Below, piece after piece: positions 17,890-27,250 of a stretch of DNA of 54,087 nt (positions are counted from its first letter, which is position 1; each line of letters begins with the position of its first letter). Location: positions 1 through 54,087 of IMG/VR virus record IMGVR_UViG_3300037350_000041. One strand, 5' to 3'. The notes under the pieces are model-generated. The model was not told the DNA's origin, searched no databases, and saw nothing but the letters and a program-made list of their open reading frames with translations. A program made the position numbers and the translations under genes. This DNA comes from a virus. Taxonomy: Duplodnaviria; Caudoviricetes.

Positions 17890-18564
17890 ATGAAGTTTTC
17901 AGTAGCGAAGGGGATCGCGAAGGGCACCAAGGCGAGACTGCCGGTGCCCTTTTCGTTGTTCCATGGACAGCTTCCTGGCCCCGTCGTCGCCGACGATGGG
18001 AGCATTACGTACCCGGTCGCCGAGGGCATGTTCCTCGTGGACCTCCGCGTGCTCTCTTCGGAGGAGGAGGACAAGGCAGAGGCCGCGGCGCGCGTGCACG
18101 TCATCGCCGTCCGCCGCGCCGCCGGGGAGACCGGCGACATCGACCCGAAGGAGGGCGAGACGCTCTTCGACGTGGAGGTGATGCGCCAACTCGTGCTCCT
18201 CGCCACCGTCGACAACGCGTCACCCGAGGACGCGCCCGAGCCGTTCTTCGACGAGGGGATCGAAGCGCTCAGGGCTCTCGATCGCGAGCGTGTGGTCCTC
18301 CTCTACGAGCACCATAAGCAGTGGCAGGCCCGATGCTCCCCGCGGCGCACGGACATGTCGACGGCGCAGTACATCGAATACGTGACGGCGCTGGCGGTCG
18401 CTGCGGACGATCTCCCTTTTTCGGAATGGTCGCCCGCTACGCAACAGAGCTGCATGCGTACTATGGCGCGCCAGCTTGTTCTCTCACGCCAGCTCAGTGC
18501 GCTCTCTACCTCGGAGGGCGATTTCACTTCCACTGGCTCTACCCCAACGCCGGCTAGCCACTGA
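17890..18564 (+). CDS. Tail assembly chaperone (gpG-like)
   Basis: Between tube and TMP; VDLRVLS..EE; contains C-CCT-TTT slippery site. Confidence 0.75.
   Translation: MKFSVAKGIAKGTKARLPVPFSLFHGQLPGPVVADDGSITYPVAEGMFLVDLRVLSSEEEDKAEAAARVHVIAVRRAAGETGDIDPKEGETLFDVEVMRQLVLLATVDNASPEDAPEPFFDEGIEALRALDRERVVLLYEHHKQWQARCSPRRTDMSTAQYIEYVTALAVAADDLPFSEWSPATQQSCMRTMARQLVLSRQLSALSTSEGDFTSTGSTPTPASH
18414..18557 (+). other. -1 programmed frameshift site and gpT-like extension
   Basis: X-XXY-YYZ heptamer C CCT TTT at 18414-18420 in the correct register; -1 frame reads FFGMVARYATELHAYYGAPACSLTPAQ... to TAG 18555-18557. Confidence 0.65.
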
Positions 18565-19109
18565 TGGCGGCGTTCAGCGAGGTCAAGGCGGCGTCCGCAG
18601 CTCGAGCGCCGATTCGGGTCGTGGTGCTGAAGCCCGACGCCTTCGTGGCCACCTGGGAGAACCGGCCGACGACGGAAGTCGCGATCGGTATCCGCTGTCT
18701 CAGCGAGCCGGAGACGCTCACCGCGGTGCACCAGGCGCGGACCGTCGCGGAACAGAACGGGCGCACCGGCGACGCTGCGATCGAGCGATACAACGAAGAA
18801 TTGATGCTGTGGACGGTCGGTTTCGCCGCGTGCGATCCGAACGACGCCACCGCGCAGTGGTTCGAGCTCGACGGCGACGCCGTGAAGATGTTCGCGACCC
18901 CGGCGACGATCCGGCACCTGTTCAACGAGCTGGAGCTAGCCGTGGTGGAAGCGTCGCCGATCCGGCGCGGCGCGAACGATGGCGAGATCTCGCAGCTGTC
19001 GAAGGTGCTCGGCGACCCCGCGGCCTTCATCGGCGTACCTGGGCCTCGCGCGACGCGAATCCGTCAGTGGCTGCTCATCTGCTTGCAGGACTTGACCGGA
19101 CAGGACTGA
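18564..19109 (+). CDS. Second, paralogous tail chaperone-like protein
   Basis: IGIRCLSE.E...A...AR....G.TGD.....E.M.......D..D....F......SP.RR mirrors 17890-18564. Confidence 0.65.
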   Translation: MAAFSEVKAASAARAPIRVVVLKPDAFVATWENRPTTEVAIGIRCLSEPETLTAVHQARTVAEQNGRTGDAAIERYNEELMLWTVGFAACDPNDATAQWFELDGDAVKMFATPATIRHLFNELELAVVEASPIRRGANDGEISQLSKVLGDPAAFIGVPGPRATRIRQWLLICLQDLTGQD

Positions 19110-19112
19110 CCC

Positions 19113-19334
19113 ATGCACGACAAGCCGGCGATCCAACACATTCGCACCATCCGTGGCGGTGTGCACCGGTGGGGCGTTGTTTTCTGTCCAGGCCCGCGCG
19201 GATGCATGGTCGCAGAGTTCGACACGGAGGCCGAGGCCGCGTTGCTCGCATCGAAAATGTCCACGGCGCTGATGTGTTGGATCCAGCCCGAGGCGATGGT
19301 TCCGCTCGTCGATTCGTTCGCGCCGTCTGACTGA
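19113..19334 (+). CDS. Small hypothetical protein between chaperones and TMP
   Basis: 73-aa ORF filling the gap; AEFDTEAEA. Confidence 0.5.
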   Translation: MHDKPAIQHIRTIRGGVHRWGVVFCPGPRGCMVAEFDTEAEAALLASKMSTALMCWIQPEAMVPLVDSFAPSD

Positions 19335-19339
19335 TTCAC

Positions 19340-21739
19340 ATGGCCGCCATCAAGATCCAAATCGGCGCGACCGTAAACGCCGACATGGGTCGCGTGGTGT
19401 TTGCGCCGTTGGTCAAGGCGGCGAAGGCGGCAGCGCAGGAAATCCACAACGCTTTTCGCGATGCTGTAGGTGCGCACACGTTCGAGCTCGGGGGCGCCGG
19501 CGGCTACCGCGCAGCGCCGGCATCAGCGGGCGTTGCCTCACGTCGAGCCAAAGCAAAGGCTGCACTCTCGGATCTCGAGAAGGATGTGCGCGATTCGGCC
19601 AAGCGTCGCGTCGCGCTCGAAGCCGCGGCGATGCGCGAGGTCGACGCGCTCCTCGCGAAGTCAAGCAAGGACAAGCAGCGCCAATTTGCCGCCGAGGATC
19701 GCGCCATCGCGAGCGCGGCACGGCGGAATCAGCACATCGCCGATTCCAGTGCACTCCGCATGTCGGGGGGCGCGGTCCGCACGTTTGGGGGCATCGTGTC
19801 CGGCGCGGTCCGGCGCGGCGTGGGTATCGCCTCCGACGTGGCGCGCGGGGCTGGCGTGGACTTCTCGCTGTCGTCGGGCATCCACAAGCGTGTGGCGCAG
19901 CAGGCCGCGATTGTGGACCTGGTGAATGCCGGGTACATCGAGGGCGCCAAGGGACCAGCCGGAACGCGAGCGAGCGAGGCGGGCGTTGCGGCGGACATCA
20001 ACCGTGTCGGCGGCAAGTTCGGCGTGAAGCAAGAGACGCTGACGTCAGGGCTCCAGACGTTCGTGGGCAAGACGGGCGAGCTACAGACCGGGCGCGACAT
20101 GCTCGAAATGCTCGCGGCGACGGCGAAGGCCACCGGTGCGGACTTCGACGATGTGGCAGGCGCCGCCGCCGCCATCGCAAACAAGCTCGGCGACGTTCCC
20201 GACAAGGCCAAGGCCGTGAACAGCGTGATGATGGCGCTTGCGGGCCAGGGCAAGGTCGGAGCGGTCGAGATCAAAGACCTTGCGACGCAGATGGAAAAAC
20301 TGACGTCGATGTCGACGAAGTTCGCCGGCAACAAGGAGATGATGAAGCTCGTCGGCAGCGAAAGCGGCGCAAACATCGCCATGCTCGGCGTGTTCGCGCA
20401 GGCCGCTCGACGGACCGAGAAGGGCACAGCCGCGCAAGCAACGCAGGCGTCGATGGCATTCATCCGCGACCTCACCGGCGACTCCGTTGGGAAGCGATTG
20501 GCTATCGCGCATATCTCCAGGTTCACCGACTCCACCCACCAGAAACTGCGAGACCCGCAGGAGATCATCAAAGATATTCTCTCTTACACCAAGGGAGACG
20601 TCGGCAAACTGTCCCACGTGATGCCGAATCAGAACTCGCGCGCCGTGGTGAACAGTTTCGTGGACCCGTACATGGCGGCCAGCAATGCGGCGAAGGCTGG
20701 AGGCGCGACGGCGAAGCAGGCCGACATGGCCGGGCGCGCCGCGGTCGATGCTGCGATGAAGGAGTTGAAGGACGCCACGCTGTCTGACAAGGCCCAGCAA
20801 GAGGCGCTCGGGAAGGCGATGGAAACCACCGCCACCAAGGCGGAGCAATTCCAGCAACGCCTGGACAAGCTCACCGGAGACCTCGGCGAGAAGCTCGTCC
20901 CGAAGCTCCTGGAGCTGGTGGAGCCGACGGGCGCACTGGTCACCAACTTCACCAAGATCACTTCGTGGGCAGCGGAGAACCCGCTCAAGGCAGTGTTCGC
21001 CGCGCTCGGCGGAGCTGTGGTGTGGTCTGCGGCGAAAGAGGCTCTCCGCGCCGGTGTCGAAAAGTATCTAGTTGGGGCGCTCGCCAAGACGCTCGGCCCG
21101 TGGGGCGCGTCCAACACCGTTCTCGGCGGCGGTGGGGCCGGCGGACTTGGCGGCGGCGCCGGCGGAGCGATCGGAGCGTTGACCGCGTTCGTCGGAGCGC
21201 TCGCCGCGGCAGCAGCCGCCATCGTTGTCACCGAGCAGATCCTCGAAGCGGGAATGGGGAAGCTCAACACCCTCCTCGACGAGAAGGACGGCATCAAGAA
21301 GATCAAGCTACCGCCGGGCGTGAAGCCGGGCGGCCAATTCGAGCTCGACGAGAACGGAAATCCCGTCGCCAAGCGATTGCCTGGCGCGGAGAATCTTGCC
21401 AACTCGGCTGACTTCGACGCCATCATCAACGGCGCCACTTCTCCGCCTGGAATGCCTGGCGGTAGCAAGATCGGGCACGCCGTGGACCTCGCTCGCCCTG
21501 AAGAGTCGGAGGGCGACAAGTGGACCCTCGGCACCGGCGCCAGGCAGGGCCAGGGCGAGAGCGTCGAGGCCATGGGGGACCGCATCGCCGCCGCGTACGA
21601 CAAGGCGTCAGGCAAGCCTGTCGAGGTGAAGGGCGGCACCATCAATATCGGCAACCTCGCCGAGCTCGGCGCTATGATCAACGGCAACGGCCCGGTCCCT
21701 CCCGCTGGCAACGCTCCCGGCTCGCGTACGCCGCACTGA
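19340..21739 (+). CDS. Tape measure protein
   Basis: 799 aa, Ala/Gly-rich helical; A.ATGA...D, GK.GAVEIKDLA. Confidence 0.92.
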   Translation: MAAIKIQIGATVNADMGRVVFAPLVKAAKAAAQEIHNAFRDAVGAHTFELGGAGGYRAAPASAGVASRRAKAKAALSDLEKDVRDSAKRRVALEAAAMREVDALLAKSSKDKQRQFAAEDRAIASAARRNQHIADSSALRMSGGAVRTFGGIVSGAVRRGVGIASDVARGAGVDFSLSSGIHKRVAQQAAIVDLVNAGYIEGAKGPAGTRASEAGVAADINRVGGKFGVKQETLTSGLQTFVGKTGELQTGRDMLEMLAATAKATGADFDDVAGAAAAIANKLGDVPDKAKAVNSVMMALAGQGKVGAVEIKDLATQMEKLTSMSTKFAGNKEMMKLVGSESGANIAMLGVFAQAARRTEKGTAAQATQASMAFIRDLTGDSVGKRLAIAHISRFTDSTHQKLRDPQEIIKDILSYTKGDVGKLSHVMPNQNSRAVVNSFVDPYMAASNAAKAGGATAKQADMAGRAAVDAAMKELKDATLSDKAQQEALGKAMETTATKAEQFQQRLDKLTGDLGEKLVPKLLELVEPTGALVTNFTKITSWAAENPLKAVFAALGGAVVWSAAKEALRAGVEKYLVGALAKTLGPWGASNTVLGGGGAGGLGGGAGGAIGALTAFVGALAAAAAAIVVTEQILEAGMGKLNTLLDEKDGIKKIKLPPGVKPGGQFELDENGNPVAKRLPGAENLANSADFDAIINGATSPPGMPGGSKIGHAVDLARPEESEGDKWTLGTGARQGQGESVEAMGDRIAAAYDKASGKPVEVKGGTINIGNLAELGAMINGNGPVPPAGNAPGSRTPH

Positions 21740-21745
21740 GGCGCC

Positions 21746-22678
21746 ATGCCCACCCCCGTCAACGCCAACCTCCCGCGCGCTAGCTTCAACTCGATCCCGT
21801 TCCCGTTCACCTCGCGCGACGTGGAGCTCACCGGGCGGTACCACGTCCACGAGTTTCCGAAGATGGCCGGCGGCGCGGTCGAGAAGATGGGGCGCAAGGT
21901 CTACGAATTCACGTTCGACGCGCCCTTCCACGCAACCAACCCGCGCTTCACGAACCTCTACCCCGACTCGCTGAACCGCTTCACCACGATGGCGGAGACC
22001 CAGGAGACCGCGGTGCTCGTGGTCCCCGAGATCGGCTCGATCCGCGCCTTCATCGCGAAGATCAACCGAAGGCGCCAGGGCAAGATCCAATCGGGAGAAG
22101 AGGTCGTGCTGCACTTCGTGGAAGACGACGTGGAGCCGTTTCGGAAGGTGGTCGCGCCCACGTCAACCGCGAGCTTCAACGAGGCCGTGTCGAGCTACTT
22201 CGCTGCCATCGACGGCAACGTGGAGATCGCCGACGACATCGCGTTTCCCACCAAGTGGTTTCCGCTCAAGTCGCCGTTCGCGCTTCTACAGGACGCGATC
22301 AACCTCATCGGCTCGATCCAGGACCAATTCGATCTCTACGGCAACCTGCTCGCCGCGAAGCTCGAGAAAGTCGCGACGCTGTGCAAGACGATTCATTCGC
22401 TCGTCACGTTCCTCCAGCACCCGCGCAATCAGCGCGTGCAGCGGGCGCTACGTGACCTGTGGGACGCCACGCACAAGGTCCAAGGTGACCTGAAGCGCCT
22501 GAACCGGCAGACCGTCCCGTACCGCGTTCCGGCCACCATGAGCGTCGGGGCGATCGCGCAGAGCTACTACGGCGACGCCTCCCGCGGCGGCGAGATCATG
22601 ACGCTGAACCGCATCCCGACACCGTTCGCGGTGAAGGCCGGCACGACGCTGAACGTCTACCCCAAGACCGCGGCCTGA
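21746..22678 (+). CDS. Mu gpN-like DNA circularisation/tail tube initiator with C-terminal LysM-like domain
   Basis: ASF.SIPF......GR.HVHEFP......EKMGRK; IAQSYYGDASR..EI..LNRI..PF.V.AGT.L. Confidence 0.88.
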   Translation: MPTPVNANLPRASFNSIPFPFTSRDVELTGRYHVHEFPKMAGGAVEKMGRKVYEFTFDAPFHATNPRFTNLYPDSLNRFTTMAETQETAVLVVPEIGSIRAFIAKINRRRQGKIQSGEEVVLHFVEDDVEPFRKVVAPTSTASFNEAVSSYFAAIDGNVEIADDIAFPTKWFPLKSPFALLQDAINLIGSIQDQFDLYGNLLAAKLEKVATLCKTIHSLVTFLQHPRNQRVQRALRDLWDATHKVQGDLKRLNRQTVPYRVPATMSVGAIAQSYYGDASRGGEIMTLNRIPTPFAVKAGTTLNVYPKTAA

Positions 22679-22680
22679 TC

Positions 22681-22872
22681 ATGACCAACGACGACGACAA
22701 GCCGACGACGCTCGGCGAGATCGACGCGTCCCTGGTCAACCATGAGTTCACGATCCCGGAGTCCACGTACGCGGAGCTGGCCGAAAAGCTCATCGCGTAC
22801 GCTGGTGAAGGCGCTCGAATCACGTTCTTCGTCAACGGAGTAGAGCGCATGTCCGGCGTGCTGAGGCGGTAA
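22681..22872 (+). CDS. 63-aa mini-protein resembling an internal segment of the baseplate hub
   Basis: HEFTIPESTYAELAEKLIAYAG vs hub QEFTIKDATYAQLGKKLIEYAG (14/22 identical). Confidence 0.7.
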   Translation: MTNDDDKPTTLGEIDASLVNHEFTIPESTYAELAEKLIAYAGEGARITFFVNGVERMSGVLRR

Positions 22873-22875
22873 CCA

Positions 22876-24090
22876 ATGCCCAGCAACAACGGCGCGCGCG
22901 GGTCGGAGGATCGGGTCCTCCTCACGCTCGGCGGCGAGACTGTACACGTCGCGCAGCACTACGAGATCAAGGCGTCGATTCTGACGCAGCCAGCGTGCTT
23001 CTCGATGACGTTCGGCACCCCGGGCGCGGCTCGCTACCTGTTCATACAGTACCCGCCTCGGACATCGTTCGAGCTTCAGATCGAGGACACGCTGATTCAG
23101 TCGGGGTTCACTGACGGGTACTCGATCTCGAGCGAGGCGACGCTCCTCGCTGTGCACGGCCGCGACTCGATGGCCGAGCTTCACGACGGGATGATCAAGC
23201 AGGAGTTCACGATCAAGGACGCGACGTACGCGCAGCTCGGGAAGAAACTGATCGAGTACGCCGGGCTCTCGTCGAAGCTCGTTTACACCAACAAGGCGAA
23301 CCGGCGCGCGATCACCGGCGGGCACTCCTCAGAGCTGCAACCCCCGCGCGACGTCGAGCAGGACAAGATCGAGACCGACGGCGGCGGCACGGTGAAGCGC
23401 GACGTGGAAGCGAAGCTCGGCGAGCGGATCTACGAATTCGGCAAGCGCCACTTCGACCACGGCGGCCTCTTCTTCTGGGCATCGGGCGATGGGAACTTCA
23501 TCCTCTCCGAGCCGAACCCGCACCAGACGCCGATTTACCAACTCATTCGGAGCTACGGCAAGCCGGCGCGCGGCACCATCATCTCGGAGCGCTTCGAGAA
23601 CCGCACGGAGGGCCGCTACGCCGGCTGCGACGTCTACACGCGCGGCGGATCGAAGAAGCGCGGACGCTCGACGGCAACAGGGTCCTTCGAGGATCTCGAG
23701 ATGCACGAGTGGGGCTACACGAAGCGCCTCACCGTCAAGGATGTCTCCGCCGACACGCCCGCCCGAGCTGAGTTCTGGGCACGGAAGAAGATCGCCGAGA
23801 CGCGCCGAGCAGGGTGGCGCCTCTCGTACACGGTCATGGGTCACACCACGACCGCGATCGGCGGCGGCAAGGCGGTCTGGGCGCCCGACACCATGGTCTA
23901 CGTCGACGATGACAAGCTCGGGATCAAGCGCGCGCTCTACATCGAAGGCGTCACGTTTCGATCCTCTCCTCAGGCGACGACCACGCTCGACCTGATGAGG
24001 GGGGAGGATCTGGTTTTTGCGCCAGGGAACGGCGAGGACGGGCCGCAACCGACATTGCCAGGCGGAATACCCTCGGACATCGCGATATGA
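22876..24090 (+). CDS. Baseplate hub (Mu gp44/gpP-like)
   Basis: GRD.MA.L.D, GERIYEF..R, GDGNFIL, Y.V.GH......W.P...V.V.DD.LGI. Confidence 0.9.
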   Translation: MPSNNGARGSEDRVLLTLGGETVHVAQHYEIKASILTQPACFSMTFGTPGAARYLFIQYPPRTSFELQIEDTLIQSGFTDGYSISSEATLLAVHGRDSMAELHDGMIKQEFTIKDATYAQLGKKLIEYAGLSSKLVYTNKANRRAITGGHSSELQPPRDVEQDKIETDGGGTVKRDVEAKLGERIYEFGKRHFDHGGLFFWASGDGNFILSEPNPHQTPIYQLIRSYGKPARGTIISERFENRTEGRYAGCDVYTRGGSKKRGRSTATGSFEDLEMHEWGYTKRLTVKDVSADTPARAEFWARKKIAETRRAGWRLSYTVMGHTTTAIGGGKAVWAPDTMVYVDDDKLGIKRALYIEGVTFRSSPQATTTLDLMRGEDLVFAPGNGEDGPQPTLPGGIPSDIAI

Positions 24091-24929
24091 GTGACCGATT
24101 CCGGGGCCTCGCGTGGGATATCTCCACGTGCACGCTCACGAGCTACGACGGCGACGGGTTTCTCTCCGCGCAAGCCGAGGCGTACGGCACTGGCGCGACA
24201 TCGGCCGACCGCGATGTGCATTCGCCGTTCGGCTTCCTGTCTCGCCCGCGCGACCCCGACGCCGACGGGCTCGGATGCTCGGTACTCACCGCCGACGAGG
24301 GGAACAAGGTTCATGCCTGGATCCTGAGCGACCCGCGCTTCACACCGAACCTGCCGCAGGTGAAGAAGGGCGGGTCGGTGCAGTACGGCGGTCGTCCGGA
24401 CGGCCCCGGATTCGACCTGTTCGACGGCGACGACAACACGAAGACGATTTACGTCCCGTACGCCTTTTCGGGCGGTGTCCCGGCACACGCGCACCTATTC
24501 CAGATCGACACCAAGACCGCCGGCGCGGAGTCCGTGCTGCTCGTGCACGGGCTCGGGATGGGCCTGTCGATGCTCGCGGGCGGCACCAACGATGCGGTGC
24601 TCAAGAACAAGGCGGGCGACGCGTTCATTGGGGTGAACGACGTGGGCCCCATCATCAGCGGCAACGCGCAACTCGCCGGGTCGTTGAAGGTCGGAGTCAG
24701 CTCGCCGCCGATTGGACCTCCACCGGTCGCCGTGGTGCTCGCGCCCGTGCTCATGGCCTGGGTGGCCCTGATCGAGACGTGGATGGCTGGCGTGGTCGCC
24801 GCGGGCGCCGCCGCTTCCCCGCCGATCGCGTTTCCGCCTCCGCCTCCGCCTCCCATCCCGAGCGTTCCATCCACGCCGATCACGCCCGGCACAATGGGCA
24901 TCGACGCGACGACTCTGTTCGCGATCTGA
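24087..24929 (+). CDS. Baseplate spike (Mu gp45-like)
   Basis: PFGFLSRP, D.R......KGG.VQY; follows hub; Pro-rich C-terminus. Confidence 0.8.
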   Translation: MSDRFRGLAWDISTCTLTSYDGDGFLSAQAEAYGTGATSADRDVHSPFGFLSRPRDPDADGLGCSVLTADEGNKVHAWILSDPRFTPNLPQVKKGGSVQYGGRPDGPGFDLFDGDDNTKTIYVPYAFSGGVPAHAHLFQIDTKTAGAESVLLVHGLGMGLSMLAGGTNDAVLKNKAGDAFIGVNDVGPIISGNAQLAGSLKVGVSSPPIGPPPVAVVLAPVLMAWVALIETWMAGVVAAGAAASPPIAFPPPPPPPIPSVPSTPITPGTMGIDATTLFAI

Positions 24930-24947
24930 CACCACGAAAGTAGGTCC

Positions 24948-25259
24948 GTGATGAGTCGATGCGCCTTCCCAGCGTTCTCGTTCTCATTTGCGATTCCGAT
25001 CCCGCCACTGCCCGGACTCCCGGCGCTGCCGCACCTTCCGACGTTCGCCATCTCGCTCCCGGGTCTGCCGACGCTGAGCTTGAGTTTCGCGATTCCGTTC
25101 CCTCCGTTGCCGGCGTTGCCCTCCTTGCCGCACCTGCCGCAATTGCCGCCGCTGCCAGGACTACCGGCGTTCTCGCTGAGCTTCGCGATCCCATTCCCGC
25201 CGCTGCCCGCGCTGCCCGCGCTGCCGCATCTCCCGTCGCTGTTCTGCCCGCTCGATTGA
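24948..25259 (+). CDS. Pro/Leu/Phe-rich repeat protein in baseplate cluster
   Basis: Three copies of [FL]S[FL]SFAIP[IF]PPLP[GA]LP[AS]LPHLP; fills the spike-gp46 gap; copies differ at synonymous positions. Confidence 0.7.
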   Translation: MMSRCAFPAFSFSFAIPIPPLPGLPALPHLPTFAISLPGLPTLSLSFAIPFPPLPALPSLPHLPQLPPLPGLPAFSLSFAIPFPPLPALPALPHLPSLFCPLD

Positions 25260-25266
25260 GGCAACC

Positions 25267-25716
25267 ATGGGACTCGGCCAAGCACCCTTCGGCATCGGCC
25301 TCTGTGGCTTCGATCCGGTCTCGCCCGCGTCCCCCGCGCCGTCGTACCAGGGCCCGCGCGCCGTGTTCATCGACACCGCGACACGTGACGCCGTGCTGCT
25401 CTCCGATGGCACCTTCCAGGCCGTGCACCCGGTCGACCAAGCGGTGCTCATCGCCTTGACGATCAACCTCGGCACGCTCGGCTCGGTGCCCACCGAGGGC
25501 CAGGGCTTCACCGCGATCGCATACTCGACGGCGGATATCACGGCGCGCGTCTCCGATGCCGTGCGGGTCGCGCTCAAGACGATCACAGACCGCGGCGACG
25601 CGACCGTGCTGGGCATCCGCGTGCAGCGCATTCCGTTCGGTTGGGTGAGCGAAGTCACCTACCGAAACAACGTGCTCGGCGAAGAGTTCACGACGCCGCC
25701 TCTCTCGATCGGCTGA
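25267..25716 (+). CDS. Baseplate wedge/sheath initiator (gp46/gp25-like)
   Basis: Position before baseplate J; HPVDQAV..AL....G......G; V..AL..I; V.Y.N. Confidence 0.7.
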   Translation: MGLGQAPFGIGLCGFDPVSPASPAPSYQGPRAVFIDTATRDAVLLSDGTFQAVHPVDQAVLIALTINLGTLGSVPTEGQGFTAIAYSTADITARVSDAVRVALKTITDRGDATVLGIRVQRIPFGWVSEVTYRNNVLGEEFTTPPLSIG

Positions 25717-25719
25717 CCC

Positions 25720-27246
25720 ATGGCGACTCCCGAGACACCCGTGACGACGCTCCCGGGCGTCATCGACGTGCCCGACCGCGACGTCGTGCGTGACGACTTC
25801 ACGCGCGACTTCCGCTTCTGGGGTCCGGCCGGTACCGACACGCAAGAGGGCACGCTCCCGTACATCGACGGGTCCGTCTTCGCCGATGGCGTGCAACCGC
25901 TGTGGGCCGCCGCGAAGACGGCCGGGAACAACCTCGTGCTCCGGCTTGCGCAAGGCGACGCGCTCGAGGAGTGGGCTGTCCAGTCCGGGCTCGACCCGCG
26001 GCAGCCGGCAACGGGCGCGAGCGGGTTTGTCACGGCGCAGACCGCGAGCGGAGGGTCGACGATCCTCCAGGGCGACGAGATCCGCGACGACGCCACCAAG
26101 GCGATTCGGTACACATGCTCGCAGACGAAGCTCTACCTGAACGGCGACCCGATCCCGATCACGGCGACGGACACCGGCATCGGAACGAACCAGCCCGCCG
26201 GCGCGGTGCTCACGTGGACGGCGCAGCGCCCAGGGTGCGAGCTCCACGCAAACGTGCTCGCCGACATCAACGGCGACGGACTCACCGGCGGACGCGCCGC
26301 GGAGGAGGACTCCGAGCTCCTGACGCGGATCCTCGACGCGAAGAGTAACCCGCCCGCCTACGGCAACGATGCCGACGTGCAGCGCCGGGCGAGTCGCACA
26401 GGAGGCGTTCCTGTCCAGCGGGCGTTCACGTACCCGTGCGTGCTCGGTCCTGGCACCACGGGCGTTGTGCTGACCCTGCGACCCCTCGCGCTCGGCGGCT
26501 CGCGCATCCCCAACGCGGTCCAGCTCACGCAAGTCGAGACGGCGATCAAGACCGGCCTCCCGCCCGACTTCGGGCTGTTCGTGTGCACGCTCCAGGCGTC
26601 GAGCACGGACGTGCACCTGCAAGCCGATTGGGCGGACTCCGCGACGGGGTGGGCGGACATCACGCCATGGCCCCCGGCGGACGTCGCCTCGTGGGTCTAC
26701 GTGTCCGCGGTGACGTCCCCGACCGTGTTTACGCTCGCGCGGTCAGCGGGTTACGTCGGATTCGCGCAACCCGTCTTCGGGCAGACGCTCGGCCTCTACA
26801 GCGCCGCAACGCAAACGTTCGCGCGAAAGAAAATCCTCTCGTTCACTGGCACGGGGCCGTGGGTTGTGACGTGCGACGCCTCCGCTGGCGCCAGCGACAC
26901 TGCGTTCGCACCGGCTGTGAACGACCCCGTTTCGCCGTGGTCCGACTCGCTCGACCTCATCGTGCCAACGATCCTCGCGCATTTCGACAGCCTCGGCCCG
27001 GGCGAGCAATTCTCGTCCTTCTTCGACCTCGGTACCCGTCAGCGCCGTTCGCCGCCGGTGAGCGGGCTCTCCTACCCGGCGAGCCTCACCACGCGCTTTC
27101 AGGCGGCGATCGAGAACGCCTCCGCGATCCAAAACGCGGAGGTGATTCTGCCGTCGCTGCCGCACGCGCCGCCGATCGGAACGCCGGGCGTGACCTCCTA
27201 CATCATCCAGCTCGGGCGCCTCGCGGTCTATCGCCTCTCCGTGTGA
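25720..27246 (+). CDS. Baseplate J / Mu gp47-like wedge
   Basis: A.GDALE.W, R.PAT.ASG, A...G..TN..AG..L, LTGG...E.D.EL..RI....NPP..GN, GPGT. Confidence 0.93.
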   Translation: MATPETPVTTLPGVIDVPDRDVVRDDFTRDFRFWGPAGTDTQEGTLPYIDGSVFADGVQPLWAAAKTAGNNLVLRLAQGDALEEWAVQSGLDPRQPATGASGFVTAQTASGGSTILQGDEIRDDATKAIRYTCSQTKLYLNGDPIPITATDTGIGTNQPAGAVLTWTAQRPGCELHANVLADINGDGLTGGRAAEEDSELLTRILDAKSNPPAYGNDADVQRRASRTGGVPVQRAFTYPCVLGPGTTGVVLTLRPLALGGSRIPNAVQLTQVETAIKTGLPPDFGLFVCTLQASSTDVHLQADWADSATGWADITPWPPADVASWVYVSAVTSPTVFTLARSAGYVGFAQPVFGQTLGLYSAATQTFARKKILSFTGTGPWVVTCDASAGASDTAFAPAVNDPVSPWSDSLDLIVPTILAHFDSLGPGEQFSSFFDLGTRQRRSPPVSGLSYPASLTTRFQAAIENASAIQNAEVILPSLPHAPPIGTPGVTSYIIQLGRLAVYRLSV

Positions 27247-27250
27247 TCCC

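Noticed and set aside
22741-23265. Hub duplicate as a DGR template/variable repeat pair
   Set aside because: Mismatches are not adenine-specific, many are synonymous, and no reverse transcriptase is present
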